In this document: one piece after another, positions 37,748 through 47,879 of the stretch
Layout of the letters: each line of letters begins with the position of its first letter
Position numbering within the stretch: the stretch's first letter is position 1
NCBI GenBank assembly: GCA_964433025.1
Contig: CAYSPV010000003.1
Location: 1,194-65,193 of the forward strand
DNA length: 64,000 nucleotides
Direction of reading: 5' to 3'
DNA from: an uncultured Staphylococcaceae bacterium
GTDB taxonomy: Bacteria > Bacillota_I > Bacilli_A > RFN20 > CAG-826
Position numbers and translations under genes: made by a program
The notes under the pieces: generated by a model
Told to the model about the DNA's origin: nothing
Databases searched by the model: none
The model's input: only the letters and a program-made list of their open reading frames with translations

Positions 37748-38085
37748 AGCAATTAACTTGCATTATTTGTCCAAGAGGCTGTATTTTAAATATCGATGAT
37801 AGTCTATCTGTCAGCGGTAATTTTTGTAAGAGGGGTGTAGAGTATGCTATTAATGAAATTACAAACCCTATGCGCACTCTTACGACTACGATAAGAGTAA
37901 AAAATAGAAATCACTGCGTCGTCTCTGTTAAAACATCAAATAAAATACCCAAAGATAAAATCTTTGATGTTATGGATGTTATTAATAAAACATTAGTGAA
38001 TGCACCTTGTTATATTAATGATATCGCGATTAAAAATGTATTAGATCTAGGTGTAGATATAATTTACACTAGTGAAATAAAATAA
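37744..38085 (+). CDS. DUF1667 domain protein (Cys-rich), the third member of a conserved triad with the two preceding oxidoreductases.
   Basis: CIICPRGC...CKRG motif; conserved gene neighbourhood. Confidence 0.65.
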   Translation: MKQLTCIICPRGCILNIDDSLSVSGNFCKRGVEYAINEITNPMRTLTTTIRVKNRNHCVVSVKTSNKIPKDKIFDVMDVINKTLVNAPCYINDIAIKNVLDLGVDIIYTSEIK

Positions 38086-38145
38086 ATATTTATTTTAAAT
38101 AAAATCTTTTAAAAAGAAATTATTTAAAAAGAAAGGATTGTAGAT

Positions 38146-39840
38146 ATGAACGATTCTATTAAAGTGTTTGCCTTAGGCGGACTAGATGAATTAGGTAAAA
38201 ACATGATCGTTGTAGAAGTTAACGATGATATATTTATTTTAGACTGCGGTCTAAAATTTCCCAATAAAACCACACCTGGCATTGATTTTATCATTTCTTC
38301 TTTAGATTATATAAAAGCTAATGCTAGTAGAGTAAAAGCTTATTTTATAAGCCACGCTCATGATGAACAAATCGGGGGTTTACCATTTTTTTATGAATAT
38401 GCTCCTGCTCCTGTTTATGTAACTGAATATACTAAACTTATCATTGAACATAGAGACATATTTGCTAATAAAAGAATAAATTATCAATTTATAGTAGTTA
38501 AACCTACTTCAAGATTACTTGTTTCTGGTCATGAAGTACAATTATTTCAAACTTTCCATAATGCTTATGATTCTTATGGTGTGGCTATTCAAACTAGTAG
38601 GGGTTATATAGTCTATGCTGGTGAATTTATAGTGGATTATGATACTAAATTTAAATCATTTAGTTTTGATTTACCTGCTTTATCAAAGATCGCCGAAAAA
38701 CCAACATTATTATTAATGTCTGAATCTTTAGGCGCAACTTCTTCTGGATATTGTTCTCCAGATCATAGATTTACCGAACACATCGCTAATTATTTTAATA
38801 AAGAAGAAGGAAGATTATTTGTAGCAGCTTTTTGGCAAAATAGTTATAACTTACAAGAAATTATTAATCTATGTTTAGAAAATAATAAAAAGATTGTTTA
38901 TTTTAATAAACAAACAAAAGATATTATGGAACATTTAATTAATACTGGTTTAGTTAATATTCCAAAAGATAATTTAGCTAATTATGAAAATGTTTTAAGA
39001 TATAGAAGCCAAGATGAAGTATTTTTAATTTTAGGACATGGTGATTATTTATTTTATGAAGTGCAAAAACTATGTCATAGAGAAAATGATGATAAACGTA
39101 TTTATTTAAATGAAAAAGATACTTTCTTATTGTGTGCTCCTCCAAGTGATAACTTAGAAGATTTATTTACTCATACCACAGATGAATTATTTAAAACACA
39201 TGCAGAAGTAGTGTATTTAAAACGTAAAGAAGTGGCAAGTATGCATGCAAAAGCTAATGATTTAAAGATGATGTTATCTTTATTAAAACCAAAATATTAT
39301 TTACCAGTTAGAGGTACTTTTGTGCAACTATTAGCCAATGCTAAACTTGCCTTATCTATGGGTATTGGTTTAAATCATACCAACGTTTTTGTTTTAGAAA
39401 ATGGAAGTGTGATTAATTTTAAACCTGATTCTCCTAGACCTGTTATAGATATAAAAGACAGTGTTGATGCTAGAGAAGTAATTATTGATGGATTAGGTGT
39501 TGGTGATGTTAGTGAAGAAGTTTTAATTGAAAGAAATAAATTAGGTTATGGCGGTGTTGTAGTCATAGCCAGTTCTGTAAGCTTAAAACAAAGAAAAATC
39601 ATTACTAAACCTGATTGTCAGATGAGAGGATTTGTTTTTGTAAAAGATGCTGAACCAATATTAAAATCAGTGACTAATATTTATATAGAAGAAGTTAATA
39701 ATGCACTTTCAACTTTTAAAGAGGGTGAATTTGATCGTAAAGTGGTTTATGAAATCATTAAAGAAAAAGTTTCTAAAGCCATTAGACATCATCTAAGAAG
39801 AGATCCCGTAATAGTGCCTATTATTATTGAGATGGAATAA
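38146..39840 (+). CDS. rnj: Ribonuclease J.
   Basis: Metallo-beta-lactamase HAHDEQIGGLPF (HxHxDH), beta-CASP and C-terminal domain; about 560 aa. Confidence 0.9.
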   Translation: MNDSIKVFALGGLDELGKNMIVVEVNDDIFILDCGLKFPNKTTPGIDFIISSLDYIKANASRVKAYFISHAHDEQIGGLPFFYEYAPAPVYVTEYTKLIIEHRDIFANKRINYQFIVVKPTSRLLVSGHEVQLFQTFHNAYDSYGVAIQTSRGYIVYAGEFIVDYDTKFKSFSFDLPALSKIAEKPTLLLMSESLGATSSGYCSPDHRFTEHIANYFNKEEGRLFVAAFWQNSYNLQEIINLCLENNKKIVYFNKQTKDIMEHLINTGLVNIPKDNLANYENVLRYRSQDEVFLILGHGDYLFYEVQKLCHRENDDKRIYLNEKDTFLLCAPPSDNLEDLFTHTTDELFKTHAEVVYLKRKEVASMHAKANDLKMMLSLLKPKYYLPVRGTFVQLLANAKLALSMGIGLNHTNVFVLENGSVINFKPDSPRPVIDIKDSVDAREVIIDGLGVGDVSEEVLIERNKLGYGGVVVIASSVSLKQRKIITKPDCQMRGFVFVKDAEPILKSVTNIYIEEVNNALSTFKEGEFDRKVVYEIIKEKVSKAIRHHLRRDPVIVPIIIEME

Positions 39841-39924
39841 TCTAAAATTACTATTTTAGACATTGTCTAAATTAATGTTATTAAATATTTAATAAAGACC
39901 TTATTTAATGTATAATTTTTACGT

Positions 39925-42723
39925 ATGAGCGAAAAGATTAAAAAACCTATTAAAGATATACCTATAAAGACAATTGAAATACTCGCAGGCTGTGTAATAT
40001 GTTTATTATCAATTAGTCTAATAATTGATGTTAGATATGTAGCTAGAACTTTTAATTATTTATTTTTCTTTTTCTTCGGTTATGGTAGCTATTTTATTTA
40101 TGCTTTGTTATTAATGTTTGGTATCTATTTAATATTAAATAGAAAAGTTAAATTTAAACATAAATTTTTATTAACAATTTCTATTATTTTAGCCTTAATT
40201 GGTGTATTAAGCATATTAACATTATCATTATCATCATACGATGTTACTTTTCCTAATTTCAGTGTTAATTTTTTAGATGTTTTACACGATGGTCTTTTTT
40301 ATCACGAAGATTATATTGATATACCATTTTTATTTAATCCCGATCATTTAAGTTTAGGTGGTGGCGCGATAGGTTATTTATTTGCTTCTACATTTAATCT
40401 TTTTGATAACATCGTATTTTCTTATTTTGTACCTTCATTATTAATTTTTATGTCTATTTTAATTATTTGCTTACCTTATATTATTTCTGCTATTAAAAAA
40501 GCAACAGCAAAATCTAAATCTAAAAAAGAACAAATTAAACAAGAAATATTAAATAATCCTCAAATCCAAGAAGAAATTAATAATGAAAATTTAGTTACTA
40601 CTTTATCAAGAAATAATCAAAATAAAATCTATACTAAAAAAGAAATTAAAAATAGTTCAATGGATGTTATTAGACAAGCAAGTGTTATTTATCATCCAGA
40701 AGAAAATAAAGAAGATATTTATAAAGATGATATCGCTACGAGTAATGTAAACACTGAATCTTTATATTTTAATAATTCTAATTATCAAAAAGTGGGAGGT
40801 TTATCAAAAGCCCATTATTATAGACCAAATGAAATGGTCTCTAATAATCAAGTAAATAATAATAACGATTTATATTTTAAAGAGCAAAATCAAATACCTG
40901 AAGAACCTCAAAACATCGAACAAATGACTTTTGATTTACCAGAACCAGAGCCTGAACCAAAAGTAGAACCTGCCTTTAATAATTATTCAAATCAAAATAT
41001 TATGCCTCAACCTCAAGTAGTGCCCACACCAGTGGTTAATCAAGTTCCTCAGCCTGAGCCTCAAATTCAGCAACCAGTTAATAATAAATATAGTCATAAC
41101 GTAGTGTTTCAAGAAAAAGCAGAAGATAATTCTATTAAAGATGTCCATACCATTTCTTTTGAAAGACAAACTTATACCTATCCTAGCTTAGATTTATTAA
41201 TGGAATATGATAATAGTCAAACTAATTCTATTAATAATGAAGCAGCTTTAGATTATTTAGGTAAAATTAATGAAACATTTGATACTTTTAAAGTAAGAGC
41301 ACAAGCTACAGAATATATTATTGGACCTTCTGTTACTCAATTTGCTATTACTTATGATACAGGTGTTTCTTATAGAAACGTTGATAAGATTGTTGATGAT
41401 ATATCAATTAGATTAGGTGGTGTTTCCGCTAGGTTTGAACCAATTGTTGCAGGTAAGACTTATTCTGGTTTACAAATACCTAACGCTAAGATGTGTACAG
41501 TTGGTTTTAAAGAAGTATTAGAACAATTACCTGATCCAGCTAAAAAACCTTTATCTTTAGCTTTTGGAAAAAACATTCAAGGTGAAATCGTTTATGCTGA
41601 TTTAGATGATTTTCCTCATATGCTTGTAGCAGGTACTACTGGTAGTGGTAAATCTATTTTTATTCATAGTGTTGTTATGACTTTAATTATGAGAAATAAT
41701 CCTGCTGATTTAAGAATTATATTAGTAGATCCTAAACAAGTAGAAATGCGTCTATATGAAAATATGCCACATCTATTATGTCCAATTATTACTAAACCTG
41801 AAGAAGTGGCAGTGTGTTTATCAAAACTAGTGGATGAAATGGAAAATAGATATACGGCTTTTGGAAATTATAAAGTTACAAATATTAAACAATATAATGC
41901 CGCTAGAAAAGCTGAAGGTAATGATACAATGCCTTATATATTAGTAGTCTTAGATGAATATTCTGATTTAGTAGATAGAGCTAAAGATGTCTCAAGATAT
42001 GTAATATCTTTAACGCAAAAATCTAGAGCATGTGGTATTCATTTAATGGTCGCTACTCAAAGACCATCTACTAAAGTTATTGATGGTGTTATTAAAGCTA
42101 ATTTACCTACCCATGTAGCATTGATGACTTCTAGTGCTGTTGATTCTATTACTATTATTGGTGAAGGTGGAGCAGAAAAATTATTAGGTAAAGGTGATTT
42201 ACTTGTTCAATCTCCTTTAGTTAGTCGTACTGGTTGTGTTAGACTTCAAAGTGCTTTTGTTCAAAACTCTGAAATCAATAGTGTTGTCCAATATTTAAAA
42301 TCTAAACATCAAACTGTTTATGATTCTGATTATTTAGATTTACAAGACCATAGTAATGATGTAAGTGATAATCCATTTATTAATTTTGCCTCAATGGAAC
42401 AAGGAAGTAGTGCTTCAAATATTGATCCTAAATATGAAGAAGTTAAAAAAGCCGCGATGGCGGAAGAATATTTCTCTATTAGTAAAATTACTCGTATTTT
42501 TGGTTTTGGCTTTACTAGAGCAGGTAAAGTATTTAACCAACTACAAAACGATGGAATTGTGGCTAAAAATAAAGACGCAAAAAGTAATTCTAAAGGCTGT
42601 AAGGTCTTAATTCATGATGATAGTTATGGTATAGATGTAGAAAATACTTCTGATGAAGTATCATCTACAGAAACTATTGATGAATATATTAAAAATAGCG
42701 AATATAATGATGGAGCTTATTAA
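39925..42723 (+). CDS. ftsK: DNA translocase FtsK/SpoIIIE.
   Basis: N-terminal TM helices, P/Q-rich linker, motor domain with Walker A AGTTGSGKS, and gamma domain. Confidence 0.9.
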   Translation: MSEKIKKPIKDIPIKTIEILAGCVICLLSISLIIDVRYVARTFNYLFFFFFGYGSYFIYALLLMFGIYLILNRKVKFKHKFLLTISIILALIGVLSILTLSLSSYDVTFPNFSVNFLDVLHDGLFYHEDYIDIPFLFNPDHLSLGGGAIGYLFASTFNLFDNIVFSYFVPSLLIFMSILIICLPYIISAIKKATAKSKSKKEQIKQEILNNPQIQEEINNENLVTTLSRNNQNKIYTKKEIKNSSMDVIRQASVIYHPEENKEDIYKDDIATSNVNTESLYFNNSNYQKVGGLSKAHYYRPNEMVSNNQVNNNNDLYFKEQNQIPEEPQNIEQMTFDLPEPEPEPKVEPAFNNYSNQNIMPQPQVVPTPVVNQVPQPEPQIQQPVNNKYSHNVVFQEKAEDNSIKDVHTISFERQTYTYPSLDLLMEYDNSQTNSINNEAALDYLGKINETFDTFKVRAQATEYIIGPSVTQFAITYDTGVSYRNVDKIVDDISIRLGGVSARFEPIVAGKTYSGLQIPNAKMCTVGFKEVLEQLPDPAKKPLSLAFGKNIQGEIVYADLDDFPHMLVAGTTGSGKSIFIHSVVMTLIMRNNPADLRIILVDPKQVEMRLYENMPHLLCPIITKPEEVAVCLSKLVDEMENRYTAFGNYKVTNIKQYNAARKAEGNDTMPYILVVLDEYSDLVDRAKDVSRYVISLTQKSRACGIHLMVATQRPSTKVIDGVIKANLPTHVALMTSSAVDSITIIGEGGAEKLLGKGDLLVQSPLVSRTGCVRLQSAFVQNSEINSVVQYLKSKHQTVYDSDYLDLQDHSNDVSDNPFINFASMEQGSSASNIDPKYEEVKKAAMAEEYFSISKITRIFGFGFTRAGKVFNQLQNDGIVAKNKDAKSNSKGCKVLIHDDSYGIDVENTSDEVSSTETIDEYIKNSEYNDGAY

Positions 42724-42725
42724 AT

Positions 42726-43049
42726 ATGTCTGTAGGTATAGATATAGTTAAAATTTCTCGTCTAGATATTAATAATGAGCATTTTATAAATAAAATTTTA
42801 TCTAAAAAAGAATTAGATATAATGCAAAAAAAAGCGGATAAACTTTCATTTTTAGCGGGTAGGTACGCCGCAAAAGAGGCATTTTTAAAAGCTAATAAAT
42901 GTGGTTTATTTGAAATGGATTTAAATAAAATAGAAGTTTTATATGAAGATGGAAATACAAATCCTATCATATATTATGAAAATAAAGTTTATGAAAATGT
43001 TTCTATTTCTCATGAAAAGGAGTATGCGATCGCAATCGTAATTATTTAA
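42726..43049 (+). CDS. acpS: Holo-[acyl-carrier-protein] synthase.
   Basis: 107 aa; GIDIVKISR N-terminus typical of AcpS. Confidence 0.8.
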   Translation: MSVGIDIVKISRLDINNEHFINKILSKKELDIMQKKADKLSFLAGRYAAKEAFLKANKCGLFEMDLNKIEVLYEDGNTNPIIYYENKVYENVSISHEKEYAIAIVII

Positions 43050-43054
43050 AATAT

Positions 43055-45184
43055 ATGGAACAATCTTATTTTGTCGCTAAATTAACTAGCTCTAATACTA
43101 TAAATGTAATGATATTTAGCCAACTATCTAGAAATAGTGATGAGTTTTATTTTTTACTTATTAAAGATTATCAAATAATTGATAAATTAAAGCCTTCTAA
43201 AATTATTTCATTAAATAATGTTTATTTATTTGAAATCAAATTAAAAGATGAATTTGATTATGGTCATTATTATGAATTATTTATTCCACATTTTGGCGCG
43301 GTATCAGTAGATGTAAGTGATGCCATTTATTTTGATGATTTTGATGATAAATTTTATTATGAAGGCGATGATTTAGGGGCAATTTATTCAAAAGATGAAA
43401 CAAGTTTTGCTATATGGGCCCCATTAGCAAACCAAGTATCATTACTAGTCTATTATAAAACTGGTCTATTAACTTATGAGATGAATAGATGTGAAAAAGG
43501 TGTATATAAGATCGCTATTAAGGGTGATTTAAATAATGTCGAATATCAATATGTAGTCACTAATTCTGGTATTTCTAGAAGAGTTAATGATCCTTATGGA
43601 AAAGGTATGTCATTAAATTCAAAAAGAAGTGCAGTGGTAGATATAGAATCAATTTATAAAGCTTATCCTAATATTAATTCTAATTTAAATAAAACTATGA
43701 CTGAATCTACAATTTATGAATTAAATATTCGAGATTTTACTATTGATAGTCACACTAATATTGTTAATAAAGGTAAATATTTAGGTTTAATAGAAGAAAA
43801 TAGAAAAACAACAGCAGGTAATCCTGCTGGATTAGATTATTTAAAATATCTAAATGTTTCTCATGTTCAACTTTTACCAGTATTAGATTTTGCAAATGTT
43901 AAAGATGACGATCCTTTATCTTCATATAACTGGGGATATGATGTAACTCATTATTTTGCTTTAGAAGGTTCTTATTCTAATAAGCCAGAAGATCCATCTG
44001 AAAGAATAAAAGAATTAAAACAAGTAGTAAATGGTCTTCATAAAAACAATATCGGAGTTATTTTAGATGTTGTTTATAACCATATTTATTCTTATGAAGC
44101 TTCTGATTTAGAAAAAATATTACCTGGTTATTATTTTAGAAAAAATAATCAAGGTCGTATTTATAATGGAAGTGGATGTGGAAATGATATTGCCTCTGAA
44201 CGTCCAATGGTAAGTAAACTTATCGTTGATTCTTTATATTATCTAGTCAAAATGTTTGATGTAGATGGTTTTAGATTTGATTTAATGGGGCTACTAGATA
44301 TAAACACTATTAATAAAGCAAAAGAAAAAATAGCGACTATAAAAGACAATGTCTTTTATTATGGTGAAGGATGGGATATTTTAAGTGGTATAAAAAAAGA
44401 TGATAAAGCGGCGATTCCTAATGCTTTTAAAATGAAAGGTGTTGGTTTCTTTAATGATTCATATAGAGATATATTAAAAGGTTCAACCTTTGATATAGGG
44501 GCTAAAGGATATGTTAACGGTGATTATTCTTATGTAGATGGAATGTATTTTGCTTTACTAGGAAGTGTGGTTAATCATACTTTTCCTCCTAGATTTTTAG
44601 ATGCATCTCAATCTATTAATTATGTTGAATGTCATGATAATGGTACTTTATATGATAAATTAATGGTCACCAATGAATATGAAGAAGAAAATGTTAGATT
44701 AGATCGTATTAAATTTGCTAATAGTCTAATTATGTTTTCTTTTGGTGTTCCTTTTATTCATATGGGACAAGAAATAGGCTTATCTAAACATATGCAAGAT
44801 AATACCTATAATATGGGTGATGAATTTAATAAATTTGATTATCAAATCTTAGATAAAAGATTTGAAATGGCTCAATATTTAAAAGAATTAATTTCTTTTA
44901 GAAAACAAATTCCTTATTTAAAAGAAATAGATCCAAATAAAATATCTAAAATTTATAGATATGAAAAAATGGATCTAGGAGGGATAAAATTAAGTCTTAA
45001 TGATATTGATGGCTTAAATCATAAAGGCGTAATTTTATTTAATCCTAGCCCTGAAACTAAATATGTCGAATTAGATGATTATTATTATATTTTATTTTCT
45101 AAAAATGGTGGAATGGATAAAAAAGTTTATGTTAAAAACTTAATCCAATCTCCATTTTCCATAGTGTGGTTGGTTAAAAAATAA
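43055..45184 (+). CDS. pulA: Type I pullulanase (GH13).
   Basis: GH13 catalytic regions YNWGYD, GFRFDLMG, EGWD and YVECHDN. Confidence 0.85.
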   Translation: MEQSYFVAKLTSSNTINVMIFSQLSRNSDEFYFLLIKDYQIIDKLKPSKIISLNNVYLFEIKLKDEFDYGHYYELFIPHFGAVSVDVSDAIYFDDFDDKFYYEGDDLGAIYSKDETSFAIWAPLANQVSLLVYYKTGLLTYEMNRCEKGVYKIAIKGDLNNVEYQYVVTNSGISRRVNDPYGKGMSLNSKRSAVVDIESIYKAYPNINSNLNKTMTESTIYELNIRDFTIDSHTNIVNKGKYLGLIEENRKTTAGNPAGLDYLKYLNVSHVQLLPVLDFANVKDDDPLSSYNWGYDVTHYFALEGSYSNKPEDPSERIKELKQVVNGLHKNNIGVILDVVYNHIYSYEASDLEKILPGYYFRKNNQGRIYNGSGCGNDIASERPMVSKLIVDSLYYLVKMFDVDGFRFDLMGLLDINTINKAKEKIATIKDNVFYYGEGWDILSGIKKDDKAAIPNAFKMKGVGFFNDSYRDILKGSTFDIGAKGYVNGDYSYVDGMYFALLGSVVNHTFPPRFLDASQSINYVECHDNGTLYDKLMVTNEYEEENVRLDRIKFANSLIMFSFGVPFIHMGQEIGLSKHMQDNTYNMGDEFNKFDYQILDKRFEMAQYLKELISFRKQIPYLKEIDPNKISKIYRYEKMDLGGIKLSLNDIDGLNHKGVILFNPSPETKYVELDDYYYILFSKNGGMDKKVYVKNLIQSPFSIVWLVKK

Positions 45185-45185
45185 T

Positions 45186-45974
45186 ATGGGTGTTATTAGA
45201 AGATATGCAAAACCTTTAGTTACGGCTGCGCCATCAATTGTTTTTGCTTATTTTAATTGGATATTAAAATATTCAATTAATCCTAATAAGACTCCAATAG
45301 AAAAACGCTACGCTAAAATACATAAATTAGTTAAAAAATTAACTAATTATTTAAACGGTGAGATAATCGTCGAAGGTTTAGAAAATCTAAAAGATATTGA
45401 AACTAATTATTGTTTAATTGGAAATCATGTATCTGATTTTGATCCATTAGCGATCTTAGCTATATCAAATAAACCTATTACCTTTGTAAGTAAAATAGAA
45501 ACATTAAAATATCCTTTTATAGGAAAAGCCCTAAAAGCTATATCAGGAGCCTTTATTAAACGTGATGATTTAAAATCTACTTTAAAAGTGATGAAACGCG
45601 TTGAAAAAGAAATGATTGAAGAAAAAAAGAATTGGTGTATATTTGCCGAAGGCACTAGATTAAAAGATTCTACTCAAAAAGTAGCGTCTATGCATTCAGG
45701 CACCTTTAGAACTCCTAAAAAAGCTAAAATTCCAATCATACCTTTTGCTATCGTGGGCTCTGATAGAATATTTAAATCTTCACCTATTTATAAGAAATAT
45801 CCTATTCATATAAAAATCTTAAAACCTTTATATTATGAAGATTATAAAGATATGTCTACCGAAGAAGTGGCTAGATATGTCCAATATCAAATTCAAAAAA
45901 CAATTAGCTTTGAATTAAGAAAAAAAGACTTACTAGCCATGCAAAAATATAATTCAAATTATAAACCTTTATAG
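45186..45974 (+). CDS. plsC: 1-acyl-sn-glycerol-3-phosphate acyltransferase.
   Basis: HxxxxD motif (NHVSDFD); FAEGTR. Confidence 0.8.
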   Translation: MGVIRRYAKPLVTAAPSIVFAYFNWILKYSINPNKTPIEKRYAKIHKLVKKLTNYLNGEIIVEGLENLKDIETNYCLIGNHVSDFDPLAILAISNKPITFVSKIETLKYPFIGKALKAISGAFIKRDDLKSTLKVMKRVEKEMIEEKKNWCIFAEGTRLKDSTQKVASMHSGTFRTPKKAKIPIIPFAIVGSDRIFKSSPIYKKYPIHIKILKPLYYEDYKDMSTEEVARYVQYQIQKTISFELRKKDLLAMQKYNSNYKPL

Positions 45975-45996
45975 TTTAGATATAAAAAAAGTGCAT

Positions 45997-46031
45997 TAAA
46001 AAAGGCGATTAGAATTAACCGCCTTTTATTT
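45997..46031. terminator. Bidirectional terminator between plsC (+) and the lipoprotein gene (-): AAAAAGGCG...CGCCTTTT.
   Basis: GGCG/CGCC core stem extended by A/T runs on both sides. Confidence 0.5.
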
Positions 46032-46048
46032 TTAATTAATTATATTAA

Positions 46049-47797
46049 TTAATAAGAAGTAAAGAAGATGTTATCCCAGGCTGCTTCATCAACGACCCAT
46101 ACTTCAATCATAAGAGCCATGATGCCAGTACCATAACGACCGCTGACGACATCTGTCATAACGACTTCGTTAGTAGTGGAATTACCATAAGCGGTGTAAT
46201 AAGCACCTGTAGTAGTACTATAATAAACACCAGTATAGCCTTGTTCCCAACCTTCTGCTTCATCTAAGACATCTGCTAATTCATAGAATGCACTACGTAA
46301 GGTAGTTAATGTAGCATCACTAGTAGTATCATCGGTGTAATACCAAATAGTGAATGTTTCAAGTAATGAACTATAGCTTACGCCTCCATTTTCATAACCT
46401 AAATAGGTGGTTTCATCAGTACGATCTAAATAAGTTAAACCATATGGATAAGCATTATCATCAACAGTGATTTCATTTTCAAAATCAGGTAAGGCAGTTT
46501 GCCAGTCACTATCACCAGTATAACCATCAATAGTTAATCTACCAGAGGCAATATAACTATTAACTGCACTTTCATAATTACTAAATAATGAATCAAATGA
46601 GCCACCAGCAATAATAGAAGGATTACCAGTGATAATTACGATTTCAATATAACACATAGTTTCTTCAATACCGATAGCAATATCACCTGCGCTACCTTCT
46701 ACTGGATAATATTCAGCATAAGTACCATCATTAGTGTATTCTTCTAAACCATCAATGTTTTGGAAATAACTCACTAATTCAGAGAAGGCAGTACTAGTAG
46801 TAGAGCCAGTAATTAAAGAAGTGTTATAGGTATAAGCCATAATAGAGAATTGACCATAATCTTCATAGTAATAATCATCTAAATAATAAGAATAGATGGT
46901 ATCAACTGCGATAGATTCTGGCATAAATGCAGCTTCATCACCAATAACATAAGATTCTACTGCACTCATAATAGCAGTACCTCTATCATCATCAGTAAAG
47001 ACGGATACACTTGTTTCGCCAGCATAAGCAAGAGCTATATCAGAAAATAAGAATCCAGATTCACCATTGATATAGTGGTAATTAAAATAACCAGAAATAG
47101 CATCGCCAGCTTGTAAGCTTGCAAAGTATTGGTTAAAGGTTAAAACTTCAGTTCTAGTTAATGTTGCAGGAACATAAACTGGCATTAAGAAGTAGTTATA
47201 TACATTATCAGTGTCAGTATCTTCACCAGGGAATGTGACATAAAATGTTTTACTTTCACCATAAGTTAAAATGCCAACATCTTCCGCTAATTGGAGAGTA
47301 ACACCTAAAACGGTACCAGATAATGTTCTAGAAACTAGACTATCAAAATAAGAACGATAAGTTGCATAATAATAGAAAGAAAAATCACCTTCATCTACCA
47401 ATTCTGCAACTGCGTCTAATAATACGATACGTCCTTCGACTGTACCAATAGTGCCAGTAACATTAATTTCATTTCCAACTGTATAAGAATTATCATAACC
47501 TTCAATAAACACTTGGATAGAGTAAATGGCACTGTCAACTTGCATGACATAAACGCTTTCTTCTAAATTACCAATAACGGTAACATTTTGGAAGGTAACA
47601 TAAGCGCCTATAGCATCAGGTTGATTATTGTCAGAGTCCCACACTAAAACATCTGAAATAGTAGTAACTGTTGGACCAGTTTCAGTAGAGGTACTAGTTA
47701 CATCAACTGAACTGCTATCCGCATTAGTGGTACAACCCGCTAATGCAACGACTGCTAAGACAGATACGGCAAGACTTTTCAATATGTTTTTCTTCAT
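46049..47797 (-). CDS. Lipoprotein (signal peptide plus lipobox LAGC). The mature part is extremely acidic and Tyr/Thr/Gly/Asp-rich, and it is essentially lysine-free.
   Basis: MKKNILKSLAVSVLAVVALAGC lipobox. Only one Lys in about 560 mature residues. Local GC is about 40% versus about 27% for neighbouring genes. Confidence 0.75.
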   Translation of the reverse strand: MKKNILKSLAVSVLAVVALAGCTTNADSSSVDVTSTSTETGPTVTTISDVLVWDSDNNQPDAIGAYVTFQNVTVIGNLEESVYVMQVDSAIYSIQVFIEGYDNSYTVGNEINVTGTIGTVEGRIVLLDAVAELVDEGDFSFYYYATYRSYFDSLVSRTLSGTVLGVTLQLAEDVGILTYGESKTFYVTFPGEDTDTDNVYNYFLMPVYVPATLTRTEVLTFNQYFASLQAGDAISGYFNYHYINGESGFLFSDIALAYAGETSVSVFTDDDRGTAIMSAVESYVIGDEAAFMPESIAVDTIYSYYLDDYYYEDYGQFSIMAYTYNTSLITGSTTSTAFSELVSYFQNIDGLEEYTNDGTYAEYYPVEGSAGDIAIGIEETMCYIEIVIITGNPSIIAGGSFDSLFSNYESAVNSYIASGRLTIDGYTGDSDWQTALPDFENEITVDDNAYPYGLTYLDRTDETTYLGYENGGVSYSSLLETFTIWYYTDDTTSDATLTTLRSAFYELADVLDEAEGWEQGYTGVYYSTTTGAYYTAYGNSTTNEVVMTDVVSGRYGTGIMALMIEVWVVDEAAWDNIFFTSY

Positions 47798-47879
47798 CTT
47801 GTTTATTTCTCCTTTCGATGTAAAGAATGCTAGTATTTTATAATTTATAATAAATTATTACAAGCAAAAAAAGAGAAAT

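Noticed and set aside
39841-39924. AT-only palindromes (TCTAAAAT-tact-ATTTTAGA; TTATTAAATATTTAATAA) between rnj and ftsK as regulatory sites.
   Set aside because: Pure A/T palindromes of this size arise frequently by chance at about 27% GC. A plain rnj terminator / ftsK promoter (TGTATAAT at 39910-39917) explains the region.
42365-42610. 81-aa + strand ORF overlapping the ftsK 3' region in another frame.
   Set aside because: It lies inside the conserved FtsK gamma-domain coding sequence. No independent start signals; spurious.
47798-47879. Possible small RNA or terminator hairpin between the lipoprotein start and the rsmF-like stop.
   Set aside because: Only weak A/T-rich pairing (AAAC...GTTT) was found, with no convincing stem plus U-tract. 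More likely just the lipoprotein promoter region.
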